A stretch of DNA of 64,000 nt from an uncultured Verrucomicrobiae bacterium (GTDB lineage Bacteria > Verrucomicrobiota > Verrucomicrobiia > Limisphaerales > JAFGQR01). Under the pieces are notes generated by a model, which made no database searches, was not told where the DNA came from, and saw nothing but the letters and a program-made list of their open reading frames with translations. Every line of letters starts with the position of its first letter. The stretch's first letter is position 1. This document shows positions 43,312 through 56,300 of the stretch, one piece after another. The stretch spans positions 1 through 64,000 of the forward strand of contig CAWBHS010000099.1 of NCBI GenBank assembly GCA_963788655.1. Direction: 5' to 3'. A program made the translations under genes and the position numbers.

Positions 43312-44817
43312 TTACCGACCCGTCTGCAGCGGCGGATATGGCCGTCCCGCGATCAGGTTGGTACCATCCGAGAAACCTTCCGGGCGACCAGCCAGGCGGT
43401 GGATCAAGCGAGCGCGCCATGCGTCGAGCGTCGAGCGCCGACTTGGATCCTTGGACAAGTCGTGTTCCTCACGCGCATCGGTGTCGAGATTGAACAGTTG
43501 TTCCGAACCGTCGGTGGGCCGCCAGATATACTTGAAGTGGCCGTCGGTCAGTGCATGAAAGGCCTGGGCCTGGCTGTAACAAGGGGCGTGTTCGAAATGG
43601 AGATAGTCGCGGATTGTGACGTGCTTCCCTCTCAAAACGGGCACCAGGCTGACGCCATCCATAGGATGGGGCACTTTGACTCCGGCCAACTCCAGGAGCG
43701 TGGGCATCACATCCTGCAGACATACGGGTTGCAAGCAGCGTCCACCCGTTTCGAATCCCAAGTCGGGCGATCCAGCGATGATGAAAGGAATGTTAGCGGA
43801 ACCTTCGTAGGGTTCGCACTTGCGGAAGTACCCATGGTCGCCAAGCATCTCTCCGTGGTCCGAGATGACGACGATCACCCAAGGCCGTCGGTTCCTTTGG
43901 CTGCGCGCTTTGAATTCCTGGATCAACGGTGCCAGTTGCTCGTCGAGCTGCGTGATCAGTCCATAGTATCCGGCTTGAGCGTTGCGAAGGAGTTTTCCTT
44001 GTAACAAAACCCGGTGGGCAGCGCTTAGCTTTTTCGGCAAAGGCAGCGACGACCAATCCACCCAGTCCCCGTGGGCCGGCGGCGGTAGCTCTTGCTGCAA
44101 ATAGTCGTCAAAGTATTTTTGCGGCGGAAACAATGGCGGGTGCGGCGAGTAAAACGAAGCCGTCAGGAAAAGGGGCTTGTCCGGCAACGCCTCGGCCACG
44201 ACTTGGCGGGCCCGGCGCGCGATCCAGGCCGTGGGATGCCATTCCTCTTTCAGCGGCCACGGATTGGCTTCCCAGCCGTTGTTCGAAATCCCCAACTTGG
44301 CGACTAACGCCCGGATGCCGCCCGAAGCGGGAGCGACTTGTTTCAGAAAATGGTCGTAATCGTCATTGGCGAGGTAAGTCGAACCCCGAATCAGTTGTTG
44401 ATAACCGTAACCTTCCTCCGCCGGCACTTGGTGCATCACGCGCCCGGTTAGCACGGTCACGTAGCCGGCGCGGCTCAACAGTTGCGGCATGGTGGGTGTG
44501 CTGATGGGTTTGGCTTGGTAGCCCACCACCCCGCTGGTTCGAGGATCCAAGCCGGTCAACAAAGCGTAACGCGCGGGAATGCACGAAGGAACCGGAGAAT
44601 AAGCCCGCCGGAACAGCACGCCCTCGCGGGCGAGCGCATCCAAGTGCGGCGTCTTCACCACCGGATGACCGACAATGGACAGACAATCCCCGCGCATCTG
44701 GTCCGGCATGATCAACAACACGTCGGGCTTGGCAAGGTCACCGGCGACGGCTTGGCCGGATAACCCAGCCAGACAAACCAAGCCGCAGAATCCAAGACGA
44801 AGTTGGCGATGTATCAT
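43312..44817 (-). CDS. Formylglycine-dependent sulfatase (Cys-type)
   Basis: DQMRGD, CIPARYALLTG (CxPxR), SFYSPHPP, ISDHGEMLGDH, KCEPYEGS, LFNLDTD; signal peptide from about 44817. Confidence 0.92.
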   Translation of the reverse strand: MIHRQLRLGFCGLVCLAGLSGQAVAGDLAKPDVLLIMPDQMRGDCLSIVGHPVVKTPHLDALAREGVLFRRAYSPVPSCIPARYALLTGLDPRTSGVVGYQAKPISTPTMPQLLSRAGYVTVLTGRVMHQVPAEEGYGYQQLIRGSTYLANDDYDHFLKQVAPASGGIRALVAKLGISNNGWEANPWPLKEEWHPTAWIARRARQVVAEALPDKPLFLTASFYSPHPPLFPPQKYFDDYLQQELPPPAHGDWVDWSSLPLPKKLSAAHRVLLQGKLLRNAQAGYYGLITQLDEQLAPLIQEFKARSQRNRRPWVIVVISDHGEMLGDHGYFRKCEPYEGSANIPFIIAGSPDLGFETGGRCLQPVCLQDVMPTLLELAGVKVPHPMDGVSLVPVLRGKHVTIRDYLHFEHAPCYSQAQAFHALTDGHFKYIWRPTDGSEQLFNLDTDAREEHDLSKDPSRRSTLDAWRARLIHRLAGRPEGFSDGTNLIAGRPYPPLQTGR

Positions 44818-45175
44818 CACTGCATGGAACTTGCTGAAATTCCCTGCGTCCAGTCTAACTTTCACCAACGCGGCCGTGGGATTCTCCAAGATGTGGTCGG
44901 CGCATGGCCATTCTGATCCGCCTTCGGTTGACGCCGGGCGGACGGGCAAGAATGTCCGCGTCTGCAAATAACGATTTCGCAATCCTCGATCACGGTGAGA
45001 TGCGCCGACGCGCAGGCTCTTGGGCCAAATGCAGAGTTGACGAAGCCAAGAGATTGTGCATCCATTAAACGGTCCTTGTTGGGCGTGAGCGGTCTATTCC
45101 AACTACGAATCAAACCGGCTTTCTCCCCAACTCCGGCCAATACAACTCAATCAAAAGGTAAAGTCGAATAATGTT

Positions 45176-48100
45176 ATGAAACTCACCAAATTCTCAAAGC
45201 TATGGGCAAGCACTGTCGTGCTGGGCGTGGTGTCGCACCTGAGCGCCTCGAGGGCGAGCGCCGCCACTTTGGAGCACGAATATCCGTTTGACACGGGCGC
45301 CAATGACATCGTCGCGGGCGCCGATGGCACCCTGGAGGGCGGCGCTACGCTCTCGGGCGACGGGGCCGTGATTCTGGACGGGACCAACGGTTACATCAAT
45401 CTACCCAATGACCTGGTTTCCAGTTACACCTCCGCGACCCTCGAAGCGTGGGTTACCAACTCCGGCAGCGACAATTGGGCACGGATTTATGACTTCGGGA
45501 ACGCCACCGCTGGTGAGGATTATCCGGTCGGCACTTCCAGTCAGGGCACCACCTACCTGTTTCTCACGCCCCGCGGCAGCGGCGGCGACATGCGCGGTTC
45601 CTACGCCACCAACGGCAATATCGGTGAGCAAATCGCCAGCGCCGGGGCGGCGATGGTTTCCAATGAACTGACTCACGTGATCTGGACTTCGGATGCCGGG
45701 ACGCACACGGCGAAAATCTACGTGAACGGCCTGCAAGTCGGGGTCAACCATAACGTCACCCTGACGCCGGCCGATTTGGGGCCGAGCGAGAACGACTGGC
45801 TGGGTCGGTCACAGTATTCCAGCGATGCGTTTTTCAACGGCGCCATTGTCGAGTTCCGCATTTACGACGGAGCGCTCAACCCATTGGAAGTGGCCGCCAG
45901 TTATGAATCCGGATCAGACTTCCCCAGCTTCGATCCCGGCACGGTGCAATCGTTGGACCTGCACGTCAATGAGGTCATGCCGCAATGGACGGACCAACAG
46001 GCCAAGGTGCTCGCGTCCGCTTCGTTTTTGTTCATGCTCAATAATATCGACGTCGCCGACGTTCCCGGCATCATTTATCAGTCCAGTGATGAGGGAGTGC
46101 TCACCATCGATTCGAGGGGCCAGATTCAGGCCATTGGCCAGGGAACGTCCACGGTCACCGTGGAATACGGCGGGCAAATGGATTCCAAGACCATCACCGT
46201 GGTGCCGGATGATCAGGCCACGCTCAAGCATCGGTACCGCTTCGCGGAAACCAGCGGCACCACCATTGCTGATTCGCAAGGCAGTGCGGACGGAACCTTG
46301 CTAAATGAAACGAACGCCAGTTTCAGCGGCACCGGCCAGTTGCACCTCGGCGGCGGCGCGCCGGGCGCGTATGTGGATCTGCCCAACGGGATCATTTCCG
46401 CGCTGACCAATGCCACCTTTGAAGCGTGGGTGACCTACAGCAATACGCCGATGTGGGCGCGGGTGTTTTCCTTTGGTGTGAGTGACCTGGGTGATGGCAA
46501 CGCCGGCGTCGGCTCGAACTACATCTTCCTGGCCACGGCCAATCCCGTTCGTTACACTTTTAAAGCTGGCGGCGCGTCGGAAAATCCGGTGCTCGATTAT
46601 CCAGGACCGTTCCCGCAGGACGTGCCGACACACGTGGTTTGCACGTATAACACGGACGTGGGGATCGCCAAATTGTTCCTGAACGGCGAACTGGTCGCCA
46701 CCGGCGTGGCCACCGTGCCGTTGAGCACTTTGAATGATTTGAACAACTGGCTGGGGCGTTCACAATTCGCGAACGATCCCTTCTTCCTGGGCAGCTTCGA
46801 CGAATTCCGCATTTACGAAGGTTCGATGTCCGATGGCGACGTGGCGCTGAGTTATACGGCGGGCCCGGACACCGTGCCGGCCACTGGCACGGGCAACGAA
46901 GTAGCCCTGACGTTGGACTTAAACGCGGACATGACTGATTCCCAGCAAGCCAGGGTGTTGCTCGATTATGAGAACGTGTCGGGCGTCGATATCAGCGTGG
47001 ACCCGGATGTCACGTTTGAAACCAGCGATGCCACCGTGGCCACAGTTTCCGCCAGCGGCCAGGTCATCGGCCATGCCAACGGAACGGCCACCATCACGGC
47101 CAATTACCACGGCCTGACCGACAGCCGCGAGGTGACCGTATTGGTTGGTGGTCCGCCCATGGTTCACCGGTATCCATTCAATGAAACCTCCGGCACGATG
47201 GCGCAAGATGTCATTGGCGGTGCGGACGGCAACTTGCTCGGCGGGGCCAACTTCACCGGCACCGGTGAAGTGAACTTGAATGGTTCTTCCGCTTATGTGG
47301 ACCTGCCCAACGGCATCATTTCCAGCCTGAACGACGCCACCTTTGAGCTCTGGGTGACCTGGCGCGGGGGGAACAATTGGCAACGCATCTTCGACTTCGG
47401 CAGCAGCGTTCAAGGTGAAGGTAATTCCGGGCAAGGCATGACCTATTTCCTGGTGAGCCCGAGCGCGAGCAGCGGCAAGCTGCGCTGCACCATCAGCACC
47501 AATTCCAACGTGGCGGGCGCGGAAACCTACATGGAAGCGCCCACGGCACTACCTACGGACGTCATCAGCCACCTGGTGATCACGTTCAACTTTTCGGCGC
47601 GCACCATGAGCATGTTCCTGAATGGCGCCCGCGTGGCCAGCACCGCCATCACCGTTCCGCTGAGATCATTGGACGACGTCAACAACTGGCTTGGCCGATC
47701 CCAATACAATGATCCGTACCTCGACGGCCTGATCCATGGCTTCCGGATTTACGACCGGGTGCTTTCGGCCGCGGAGATTGCCGCCAGTGGCAACAACGGG
47801 CTAAACGTGCCGGCGATCGATCCGGGCGCAATCACGGACCTGCGCTTGAACGTAACCAACCCCACGCTGGCCGCAGGCAATCCGGTGCCGGCGATGGTTG
47901 AAGCCGACTTTGCCAACGTCAACAACATCGACGTGACCATGGGCCAGGGGGTCGTTTACACCTCCAGCGACACGGCGGTCGCCACGGTGAATGGCCAAGG
48001 CGTCATTCATCCGCTCGCCGCCGGTTCGGCGACCATCACCGCGGACTTCATGGGCTTGTCGGATTCGGTGGCGCTTACGGTAAACGCCGCTCCAATGCTC

Positions 48101-49915
48101 ATCACCGCCGGCGATCTCTTGGTGGACCTGACGCCGGAGAGCATCTCGGCGGACGGCACGACGTGGATGAATCAAGGCACCGTGGCGGGTGATTTTGCTC
48201 GCGAGGGCGGCACGGCGAAGTTGATCAACGACGTCAACGGCACCGGCGTTCCCGGCGTGTTGTTTGACGGCTTCGATGCTTTTAGGGGACCACTGGCTCC
48301 GGCGGGAATCACCGGAGCTGGCGACCGGTCCTTTGAAGTCTGGGTGCTCAATCCGGCGATTGCGGGGGAAGAACCCTTGCTCTCGATTGCCAAACGCGGC
48401 ACCACCGCGCGCAATTGTTCCTTCAATTATGGTAACAACACCGTTTACGGCGCGGCCGGCCAATGGGGAGGGGGTTACGATGTCGGTTGGAACGACGCGG
48501 CCAATGTGCCCGTGGCCAACGCCTGGCATCACATCGTTTATACCTACGATGGCGCCACCACTTGCCGCATTTATGTTGATGGCGCGCTGCGCGTCACCAA
48601 GGCGCTGGATGGCGCTTTGAACACCTGGCCGGATCTGCCCATGCTGATTGGCGCGGAATTGGAAGGGAACGGGGTGAATTTCAATACCGGTTTGTATCTG
48701 ACCGCGTATATCAATTCCGTCCGGGTTCATGATGGCATGCTCAGCGACGCGGATGTCGCCAACAACTATGCGGCCGGACCAGCGTTGATTCCGCAAGGGC
48801 CGGTGGAGATCGGGTTGTCCCCGCGAAACACCCTCGTGGGTGAGGGCGCTCCGGCGGCCTTGCAGGCCACCGCCTACGGGGCGGAGCCCATCTCCTATCA
48901 ATGGTATGCCAACGAGATGCCGATCCCGGACTCCAATGCCAGTGACTACCTGCTGGGCGGCGCCAGTTTGGCCGACGGCGGCGATTATTATGTCGTGGCC
49001 AGTAACTATTTCAACGGCACGGCGTACACGGCGACCAGTTCGGTGGCGACCCTGTCGGTGGTTTCGTCGGCCTACGCGCTGACGCACCGCTATAGTTTCA
49101 ACACGGACGCCGGCGACTCGGTGGGCGGCGCCGACGGGACCCTCATGGGAGCAGCCTCGCTCAGCGGCGGTGAGGTCGTGCTGGACGGAACGAGCGGCAC
49201 TTTTGTGGATCTGCCGAATGATCTGGTCTCCGATTATCCGGCAATCACCATGGAAGCCTGGTTTACGGACAATGGGAGTGGCAACTGGGCGCGCCTCTGG
49301 GATTTTGGGAGCACGGTCCAAGGGGAAGGCAACAGCGGCACCGGCTACAAATACATGTTCTTTGCCGTCAATGGCGGGCCCTATCGCAGCGCCTACAAAA
49401 TCTACGGCCCCGAGCAGGTGGTCAACTACTCGCCAGCCGCCGTGGGCGAACAGCGCCACGTCGTGTGGACTTCCGATGCGGCCTCCCACCGTGGAACGTT
49501 ATACGTGAATGGTGTGCCGGTGTCGGTCAATTTCAACCTCACGTACAGTCCAGCCGCCATTGGCAGTGCCTTCAATGACTGGCTCGGGCGTTCGCAATTC
49601 AACGATCCGTACATGCTCGGATCGATCAACGAGTTCCGCATCTACAACGCCGTGCTGTCGGATGCGCAAGTGGCCGCCAGTTATGCGGCGGGACCGGACG
49701 CGGAATTGCGGCCGGCGTTGAGCATCGTGCAGTCGGGCAGTGACGTCATCCTCTCCTGGCCCACCACGGGGGCCGGTTTCTCCGTGGAATCGAGTCCTGT
49801 CCTTGGGCCGGATGCCGTCTGGAGTTCAGCGGGTACGCCCACATTAGTGGGCGACTACTTCGAATTGACTGTCCCATTGACGAGCATGGCGCAGTACTTC
49901 CGCCTGGTGAAGTAA
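45176..49915 (+). CDS. Large secreted LamG-like (concanavalin A fold) repeat protein with Big_2/Ig domains
   Basis: Signal peptide, five LamG-like domains (HRY.F...DG.L, W.RIFDFG, WLGRSQ...F.G...EFRIY), Ig S(S)D..VATV...G units and a YFRL tail; intact 1579 aa ORF. Confidence 0.88.
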   Translation: MKLTKFSKLWASTVVLGVVSHLSASRASAATLEHEYPFDTGANDIVAGADGTLEGGATLSGDGAVILDGTNGYINLPNDLVSSYTSATLEAWVTNSGSDNWARIYDFGNATAGEDYPVGTSSQGTTYLFLTPRGSGGDMRGSYATNGNIGEQIASAGAAMVSNELTHVIWTSDAGTHTAKIYVNGLQVGVNHNVTLTPADLGPSENDWLGRSQYSSDAFFNGAIVEFRIYDGALNPLEVAASYESGSDFPSFDPGTVQSLDLHVNEVMPQWTDQQAKVLASASFLFMLNNIDVADVPGIIYQSSDEGVLTIDSRGQIQAIGQGTSTVTVEYGGQMDSKTITVVPDDQATLKHRYRFAETSGTTIADSQGSADGTLLNETNASFSGTGQLHLGGGAPGAYVDLPNGIISALTNATFEAWVTYSNTPMWARVFSFGVSDLGDGNAGVGSNYIFLATANPVRYTFKAGGASENPVLDYPGPFPQDVPTHVVCTYNTDVGIAKLFLNGELVATGVATVPLSTLNDLNNWLGRSQFANDPFFLGSFDEFRIYEGSMSDGDVALSYTAGPDTVPATGTGNEVALTLDLNADMTDSQQARVLLDYENVSGVDISVDPDVTFETSDATVATVSASGQVIGHANGTATITANYHGLTDSREVTVLVGGPPMVHRYPFNETSGTMAQDVIGGADGNLLGGANFTGTGEVNLNGSSAYVDLPNGIISSLNDATFELWVTWRGGNNWQRIFDFGSSVQGEGNSGQGMTYFLVSPSASSGKLRCTISTNSNVAGAETYMEAPTALPTDVISHLVITFNFSARTMSMFLNGARVASTAITVPLRSLDDVNNWLGRSQYNDPYLDGLIHGFRIYDRVLSAAEIAASGNNGLNVPAIDPGAITDLRLNVTNPTLAAGNPVPAMVEADFANVNNIDVTMGQGVVYTSSDTAVATVNGQGVIHPLAAGSATITADFMGLSDSVALTVNAAPMLITAGDLLVDLTPESISADGTTWMNQGTVAGDFAREGGTAKLINDVNGTGVPGVLFDGFDAFRGPLAPAGITGAGDRSFEVWVLNPAIAGEEPLLSIAKRGTTARNCSFNYGNNTVYGAAGQWGGGYDVGWNDAANVPVANAWHHIVYTYDGATTCRIYVDGALRVTKALDGALNTWPDLPMLIGAELEGNGVNFNTGLYLTAYINSVRVHDGMLSDADVANNYAAGPALIPQGPVEIGLSPRNTLVGEGAPAALQATAYGAEPISYQWYANEMPIPDSNASDYLLGGASLADGGDYYVVASNYFNGTAYTATSSVATLSVVSSAYALTHRYSFNTDAGDSVGGADGTLMGAASLSGGEVVLDGTSGTFVDLPNDLVSDYPAITMEAWFTDNGSGNWARLWDFGSTVQGEGNSGTGYKYMFFAVNGGPYRSAYKIYGPEQVVNYSPAAVGEQRHVVWTSDAASHRGTLYVNGVPVSVNFNLTYSPAAIGSAFNDWLGRSQFNDPYMLGSINEFRIYNAVLSDAQVAASYAAGPDAELRPALSIVQSGSDVILSWPTTGAGFSVESSPVLGPDAVWSSAGTPTLVGDYFELTVPLTSMAQYFRLVK

Positions 49916-50302
49916 CTGTCCGCGACTGAACCTACTCATCCCGGGCGGTGTCAACGGCGGTTCCGCCGTTGGCCCGCACGGGGTGGGCAGGTTTTCCAAT
50001 AAGCAAGCGGCATCGCTAAGGTTTGAAACCATGTGCAGCCCGTTGCGCCAGCGTTTGAAATGCATCCGGTTTGCCGGTGCTTTCGGTGCGAAGAGCGATC
50101 GTCAAACGTAGAGGTTCCCACCGAGCCCCGCGCACGTCGTGCGAGACTGTTTTTCACCTCGGCACTTGGAAATTAATGGGACTGCTTGTAACCTATTAGC
50201 AACAGCGCCTGTGCAAGTTTGCCAGCCGTTCCCGCGGCTTAATCTTGGAAAGCCTTTGGTCGGTCTTCCTGTATCTGCGCGCAAGACATAGTCAGTAACG
50301 AT

Positions 50303-53300
50303 ATGCAATTGAAACGCTTGATCCTTGGTAGCTTGCTGCCTTTGTTGGTGGCAAGCGTCTGCACCCAATCGGCTTCCGCCGCCTTGATCCACCGCTACAG
50401 CTTCACTGCCGACGCCACCGATTCCCAGGGGAGCGCCGACGGAGAACTGATCAACGGGCCGGTCATTAGCGACGGCGCGGTCACCCTGGATGGGGTGGAC
50501 GATTACATCAACCTGCCCAACGGGCTCCTGGCCAGCCTCACCAATATCACCATCGAAATCTGGCTCACGGACAACGGCAGCGGCAACTGGGCCCGCATCT
50601 ACGACTTCGGCAGCAGCAGCGGCGGTGAGGATTTCCCCACCAGCGTCAGTCCGGCCGCCACCGGCACCCAATACATGTTTCTGACCCCACGCAGTAGTGG
50701 CGGCGCCCTGCGGGGCGCTTACACCATCACGGGCAGCGGCGCCGGCGAACAGGTCGTCGAATGGACCGGCAACGCCCTGTCGGGTGGGGTATTGAAACAT
50801 GTCGTGTGGACGTCGGACAACGCGTCGCAAACCGCCAAGCTGTATGTGGACGGCGTGCTGGTCGGCAGCAACGAGGGGGTGACCCTGACTCCCGCCGACA
50901 TCGAGCCCAGTATCAACAACTGGATTGGCCGCTCCCAGTTTAGCGCCGACAATTTTCTGAAGGCCAGCATTACGGAGTTCCGCATCTATGATGCCGCTCT
51001 GAATGCTTTCCAGATTGCCGTGAATGCCGCCGCCGGACCGAACGAACAAATTGGGGATCCGGGTCCGTTGGAAAGCATCACGTTGCACGCGAATGCCGCC
51101 ATGGTGCTGGGTAGTGCGCAGCCAGCCACGGCCACCGGGAACTATGCCGATCTCAGCAATGTCAGCCTGCAAAACCAGCCGGGCGTCAACTATGCATCCA
51201 GCGACACCAACGTCGTCAGCGTTACTGCGGACGGTGTCTTGACGGCTCGTGAGATTGGCCAGGCAGACATTTCCGTGAGCTACCAGGGCTTCACGGATGC
51301 CGTAACCATTCAAGTGAGCGCCCCGCCGCAAACCCTGATCCATCGCTACAGTTTTGATGCGAGCGCCAACGATTCCGAAGGCACCGCCGACGGCACGCTG
51401 GCCGGTGGCGCCACGGTCAACAGCGGCCAGGTGCTGTTAAACGGCAGCAGCGCTTACGTGGACTTGCCGAACAACCTCGTCGCCGACCTGACTTCGCTGA
51501 CGTTCGAAGCCTGGGGAACCGACAACGGCAGCAGCGGGTGGGCGCGGCTCTGGGATATTGGCAACAGCAGCGGTGGCGAAGGGAACCAGGGCGGCGGCAC
51601 CAGTTATATGTTCCTTGCCTGGCCATTGGGTGCTGGCACCGGCATGCGGGGTTGCTATAAACTCGAGGGCCAGCCGGAGCAGATTCTCGACATCAGTCCG
51701 CGGCCAGCCAACAACACGCCCCACCACATTGTGTGGACCCAGGACGGTCCTTCACACACGGCCCGAATTTATGTGGATGGCGTGTTGGCGGGCGAGAACA
51801 CCAGTTTCACCTACACGCCCGCCGCCGTTGGTTCGACCGTCAACGACTGGTTGGGCCGCTCGCAATACAACGACCCGTATTTCAATGGTTCCATCGACGA
51901 GTTCCGCGTTTACAACGCCGCGCTGACGCCGCAGGAAGTCGCCCAGAATTATCAGCTCGGTCCGGATCTGTCCCCACAAAGCGGTCCGGTAACCATTACT
52001 CGGCAACCGCAAAATCTGACCGTGGACGAGCAACACCAGGCAAGTTTCTCGGTCGAATACCGCGGCACCCGCCCGGTCCTTTTCCAATGGTTCAAGAACG
52101 GCAGTGAAATCCCCGATGCCACGAACGCCACGTATCGAATCCCTGCCGCGCAACTGATCGACAACCATGCTGAGTTCACCGTGGCGCTGACCAATTCCAT
52201 AACCAACACCACCTTCTTCGCCGTGAGCGATCCCGCGGTGTTGACCGTCGTCACCGACACCGTTCCCCCGGTGGTGCTGCGCGCGTTCAACATCGGCGAG
52301 ACCTCGGTGGCGGTGGTCTTTTCCGAACCGGTGGAAACCGCCAGCGCGACGACGACGGCCAACTACGTGTTCGTCAGTGGCGCGACCGTCACCGCTGCCC
52401 AACTTGCTGACGATCTCGTCACCGTTACGCTGACCACCACGCCGTTGACTTACGGCAGCGAATACCTCCTCGTGATCAACGCCGTTCGCGACCGCGCCAC
52501 GACGCCGAACACCGTGGCCACGGATACGACGCTGCCCCTCCTGGCGACCCCGTATGCACCGGTCGATATCGGTGGCGCCACGCCGCCAGGAACGCTCGCC
52601 GCGGGCGACAACGGGTATGATGTCGTCGCCTCCGGGGGCGACATCGGAAGCACCGCGGACCAATTTCATTTCGATTACCGGAGGCTCACGGGGGATTTCG
52701 ACGTGCAAGTGCGTCTCGCGGGACTGACCCCCACGGACTTGTGGGCCAAGGCCGGATTGATGGCGCGGGAGACCCTGGATCCGGGCAGCCCCTTTGCCGC
52801 GGTGTTGGCCACGCCGACGCTCGCCGGTTCGTTTTTCGAATACCGTCTGGCGAACGGCGGCAAGGCGGCGACCGTCGGTTCCATGCCGGTGAATTTCCCT
52901 TACCAATACCTCCGGCTCCAGCGGGCGGGCGACCAGTTCAACGGCTACGCCAGTTATGACGGTCAGGTCTGGACGTTGCTCGGAACGGAAACGCTGACGG
53001 TGGGCAATAGCGTCTATTTCGGCATGGCCGCGGCCAGCCACGTCAACGGCACTTCAACCACGGTGCAGTTCCGCGAATTGGTGGACACCACCAGCACAAC
53101 AGTAGGAACCTTGCCTGACGTGGGTGAACCGCTGGGCCCGAGTAGCCGCCGCACCGGGCTGGTGATTTCCGAAATCATGTATCGCCCCGCGACGCGCCTG
53201 GACGCCCGCGATCTCGAGTTCGTCGAAATCTACAACTCCAATCCCTTCTATCATGACATCAGCGGCCATCGGCTTTCCGGCGACATCGATTACACCTTCC

Positions 53301-56300
53301 CCCAGGGAACGATCATCCCGGCGGCAGGCTTTGTAGTCGTGGCGGCCAATCCGGCGGACGTGGAAGCGGTTTATGGTCTGTCGGACGTATTTGGACCGTA
53401 CACCAATCGCTTGGCGGCGTCGGGCACGGTGCGGTTGCGTGACGAACAGGACACCATCCTGCTGGAGGTATCCTATCGCAGCACGAATCCCTGGCCAATG
53501 GGTGCGGACGGCACGGGCCATTCCATCGTATTGGCCCGTCCCAGCTACGGCGAAGCCGATCCGCGCGCCTGGGCCATCAGCGACGTCGTGGGCGGTTCGC
53601 CGGGCGCTTGGGAGACGTATCATCCGAGCCCATTGCGCCGCGTCGTAATCAACGAAGTCCTCGCCAACGCCGGGGCGATGCCGGCCGAGGATTACGTGGA
53701 ACTCTACAACCACAGCAACCAGGAAGTGGACTTGTCCGGCTGCATCCTCAGTGATAATCCGGCCGAGAACAAATTTGTGATTCCCACGAACACCGTGATT
53801 GCCGCCCGCGGTTTCCTCGTCTTCCAGCAAAGCCAGTTGGGCTTTGGATTGAAGTCTTCGGGGGACACGATTTACTTCAAGAACTCGGACGCCAGTCGCG
53901 TGCTCGATGCCGTGCGATTTGACGCGCAGGCCACCGGCATGCCGCTGGGTCGCTGGCCGGATGGCGCGGCGGACCTTTATCCAATGGCGGCGCAATCGCC
54001 CGGCGCGGCCAACGGCGCCTATCTCATGAGCGACATTGTCATCAACGAATTGATGTATCACCCGCTCTCCAATGACAACAACGAACAGTACGTCGAGTTG
54101 TTCAACCAGGGCCTCGGGGCCGTTAATCTGGGCGGCTGGCGCTTTGTTGATGGCATTGACTATCAATTTGCACCCGACACCATCCTGTCCGCCGGGGGGT
54201 ATCTGGTCGTGGCGGAAAACCTGACCAATCTGCTCGCCAAGTATCCGCAATTGAACGCCACCAACGCCGTCGGCAACTTCGGTGGTCGGCTTTCGTTTGC
54301 CGGCGAACGCGTAGCCCTTGCCCGCCCGGAATTCAATTACACCACCAACGCCCTGGGCGCGGTGACCACCAACATTCTTTACGTAACGGTGGACGAAGTC
54401 TCGTACGTCGATGGCGGCCGTTGGGGCGAATGGTCGGACGGCGGCGGCAGCAGTTTGGAATTGATTGATCCGCGCGCCAACCACCGGTTGCCTTCGAATT
54501 GGTCGGACAGCGACGAAACCGCCAAGGCACCGTGGACAACCATTGAGACAACCGGCGTGTTGGATAACGGAGAGAATTACGCCGGCAATCCCATCGGCTA
54601 CGCCCAACTCGGCCAACTGGATGCCGGGGAATGTCTCGTGGATAACGTCGAAGTGCATCAGGGAACGGGCGCGAACATTGTAGCGAATCCCGACTTCGAA
54701 GCCGGTTTGACGAACTGGTCGTTGCAAGGCTGTTTCTCCCGGTCCAGGCGCGAAGCCGATACCGGTGTGGGCGGCAGCGCGGCGTTGCACTTGCGCACGG
54801 CGAACCGGGTCTTCACCGCCGCTAACTCGGCGCAATGCGCCCTGAGCAGTACCTCACTCGGTGCGGGCCAAACCGCCACGCTGCGTTTCCAGGCCCGCTG
54901 GCTGCGCGGGACGCCAGACATTCTCTTCCGATTGAATGGCAACTGGCTCGAAGCCGCCGGTCGCATGACGGTGCCGGCCAATCTCGGCACTCCGGGATTG
55001 CCCAACAGCCGGGCCGTCGCCAATGCGGGTCCGGCGGTGTATGCGGTGATGCACACGCCGTCCATGCCCCTGGCTGGCCAAGCCGCCAGAGTCACCGCGC
55101 GGGTGGACGATCCGGATGGACTTCAGGATTTGACGCTCCAATACCGTCTTGATCCCGCGCCTGATTATACGTCGGTGCCGATGATCGATGATGGCTCCGG
55201 GGGTGATGCTGTTGCGGGCGACGGCGTGTTTAGCGCCATGATTCCTGGTCAGGCTGCGGGCCGGACGGTGGCCTTTCTCGTAACGGCCACGGATCTGGCG
55301 GGAGCCAGCGCTCGCTTTCCGGCGTGGTTGAACAGTGGCGCGCCGGTTCGCGAGTGCATCGTGCGCTTCGGCGAGCCGGATCCGGCCAGCAGCTTCGGCA
55401 TCTATCATTTGTGGCTGACCCAAACCAACGTGGATCGCTGGATCAATCTGCCGGTGCTGAGCAATGAAGACATTGACAGCACCGTGGTGTACGGCCCGCG
55501 CGTCATTTACAATGCGTTTGCGCGCTATGCCGGCAGCCCGTATCACCAGTCGTTCAATTCCCCTTTTGGCAATCCCTGTCATTACAACTGGAGCATGCCG
55601 GACGATGACAAATTGCTCGGACACACCTCGTTCAACAAGATTCACTGGATTGGCAACGACATTCAAGATGACACCCCCACGCAAAACAACAACGACGCCA
55701 CCTTGCAACGGGAGCAGGCGGCGAACACCTTCCTGCGCGGTCTGGGACAGCCGTGGATCTATCGCCGCTATGTGGGCGTTTATGTGAACGGCCACCGGCG
55801 GGGCCAATTGATGGAAGACGCCCTCCGGCCCAGCATCAGCGTGCCGGACGCCTATTTCCCGAACGACAGCGACGGTTTGCTGTATAAGTTCCAGCCGTGG
55901 TTCGAGTGTGGTCCCGAGCCTCAGGCCAATGGTTTCATGCCGTGGGAAAACAAGGAATGGAGCCTGTTCATGCCCTACAAAACCACGGGCGGCGCGTACA
56001 AAAAGGAGCGCTACCGCTGGACATATCAACTGCGGGAGACACCCGATACGTGGAGCAATTACGATTATCTGTTTGATCTCGTCACGGCCGGCAGCGCCTA
56101 CACCGATCCCCATTACGCGGCCAACATGGAAAACCTGGCGGACATGGAAAACTGGATGCGGTTGGTGGCGGCCAACCACGCCGCCGGCAACTGGGATTGC
56201 TGGGGCATCCAGAATGAGCAGAACATTTACGGATACGTGAGTCCCGCCCAGCGCTGGAAACTGTTCATGTTCGATTTCAGTATTGTGCTCGGCAACCGGA

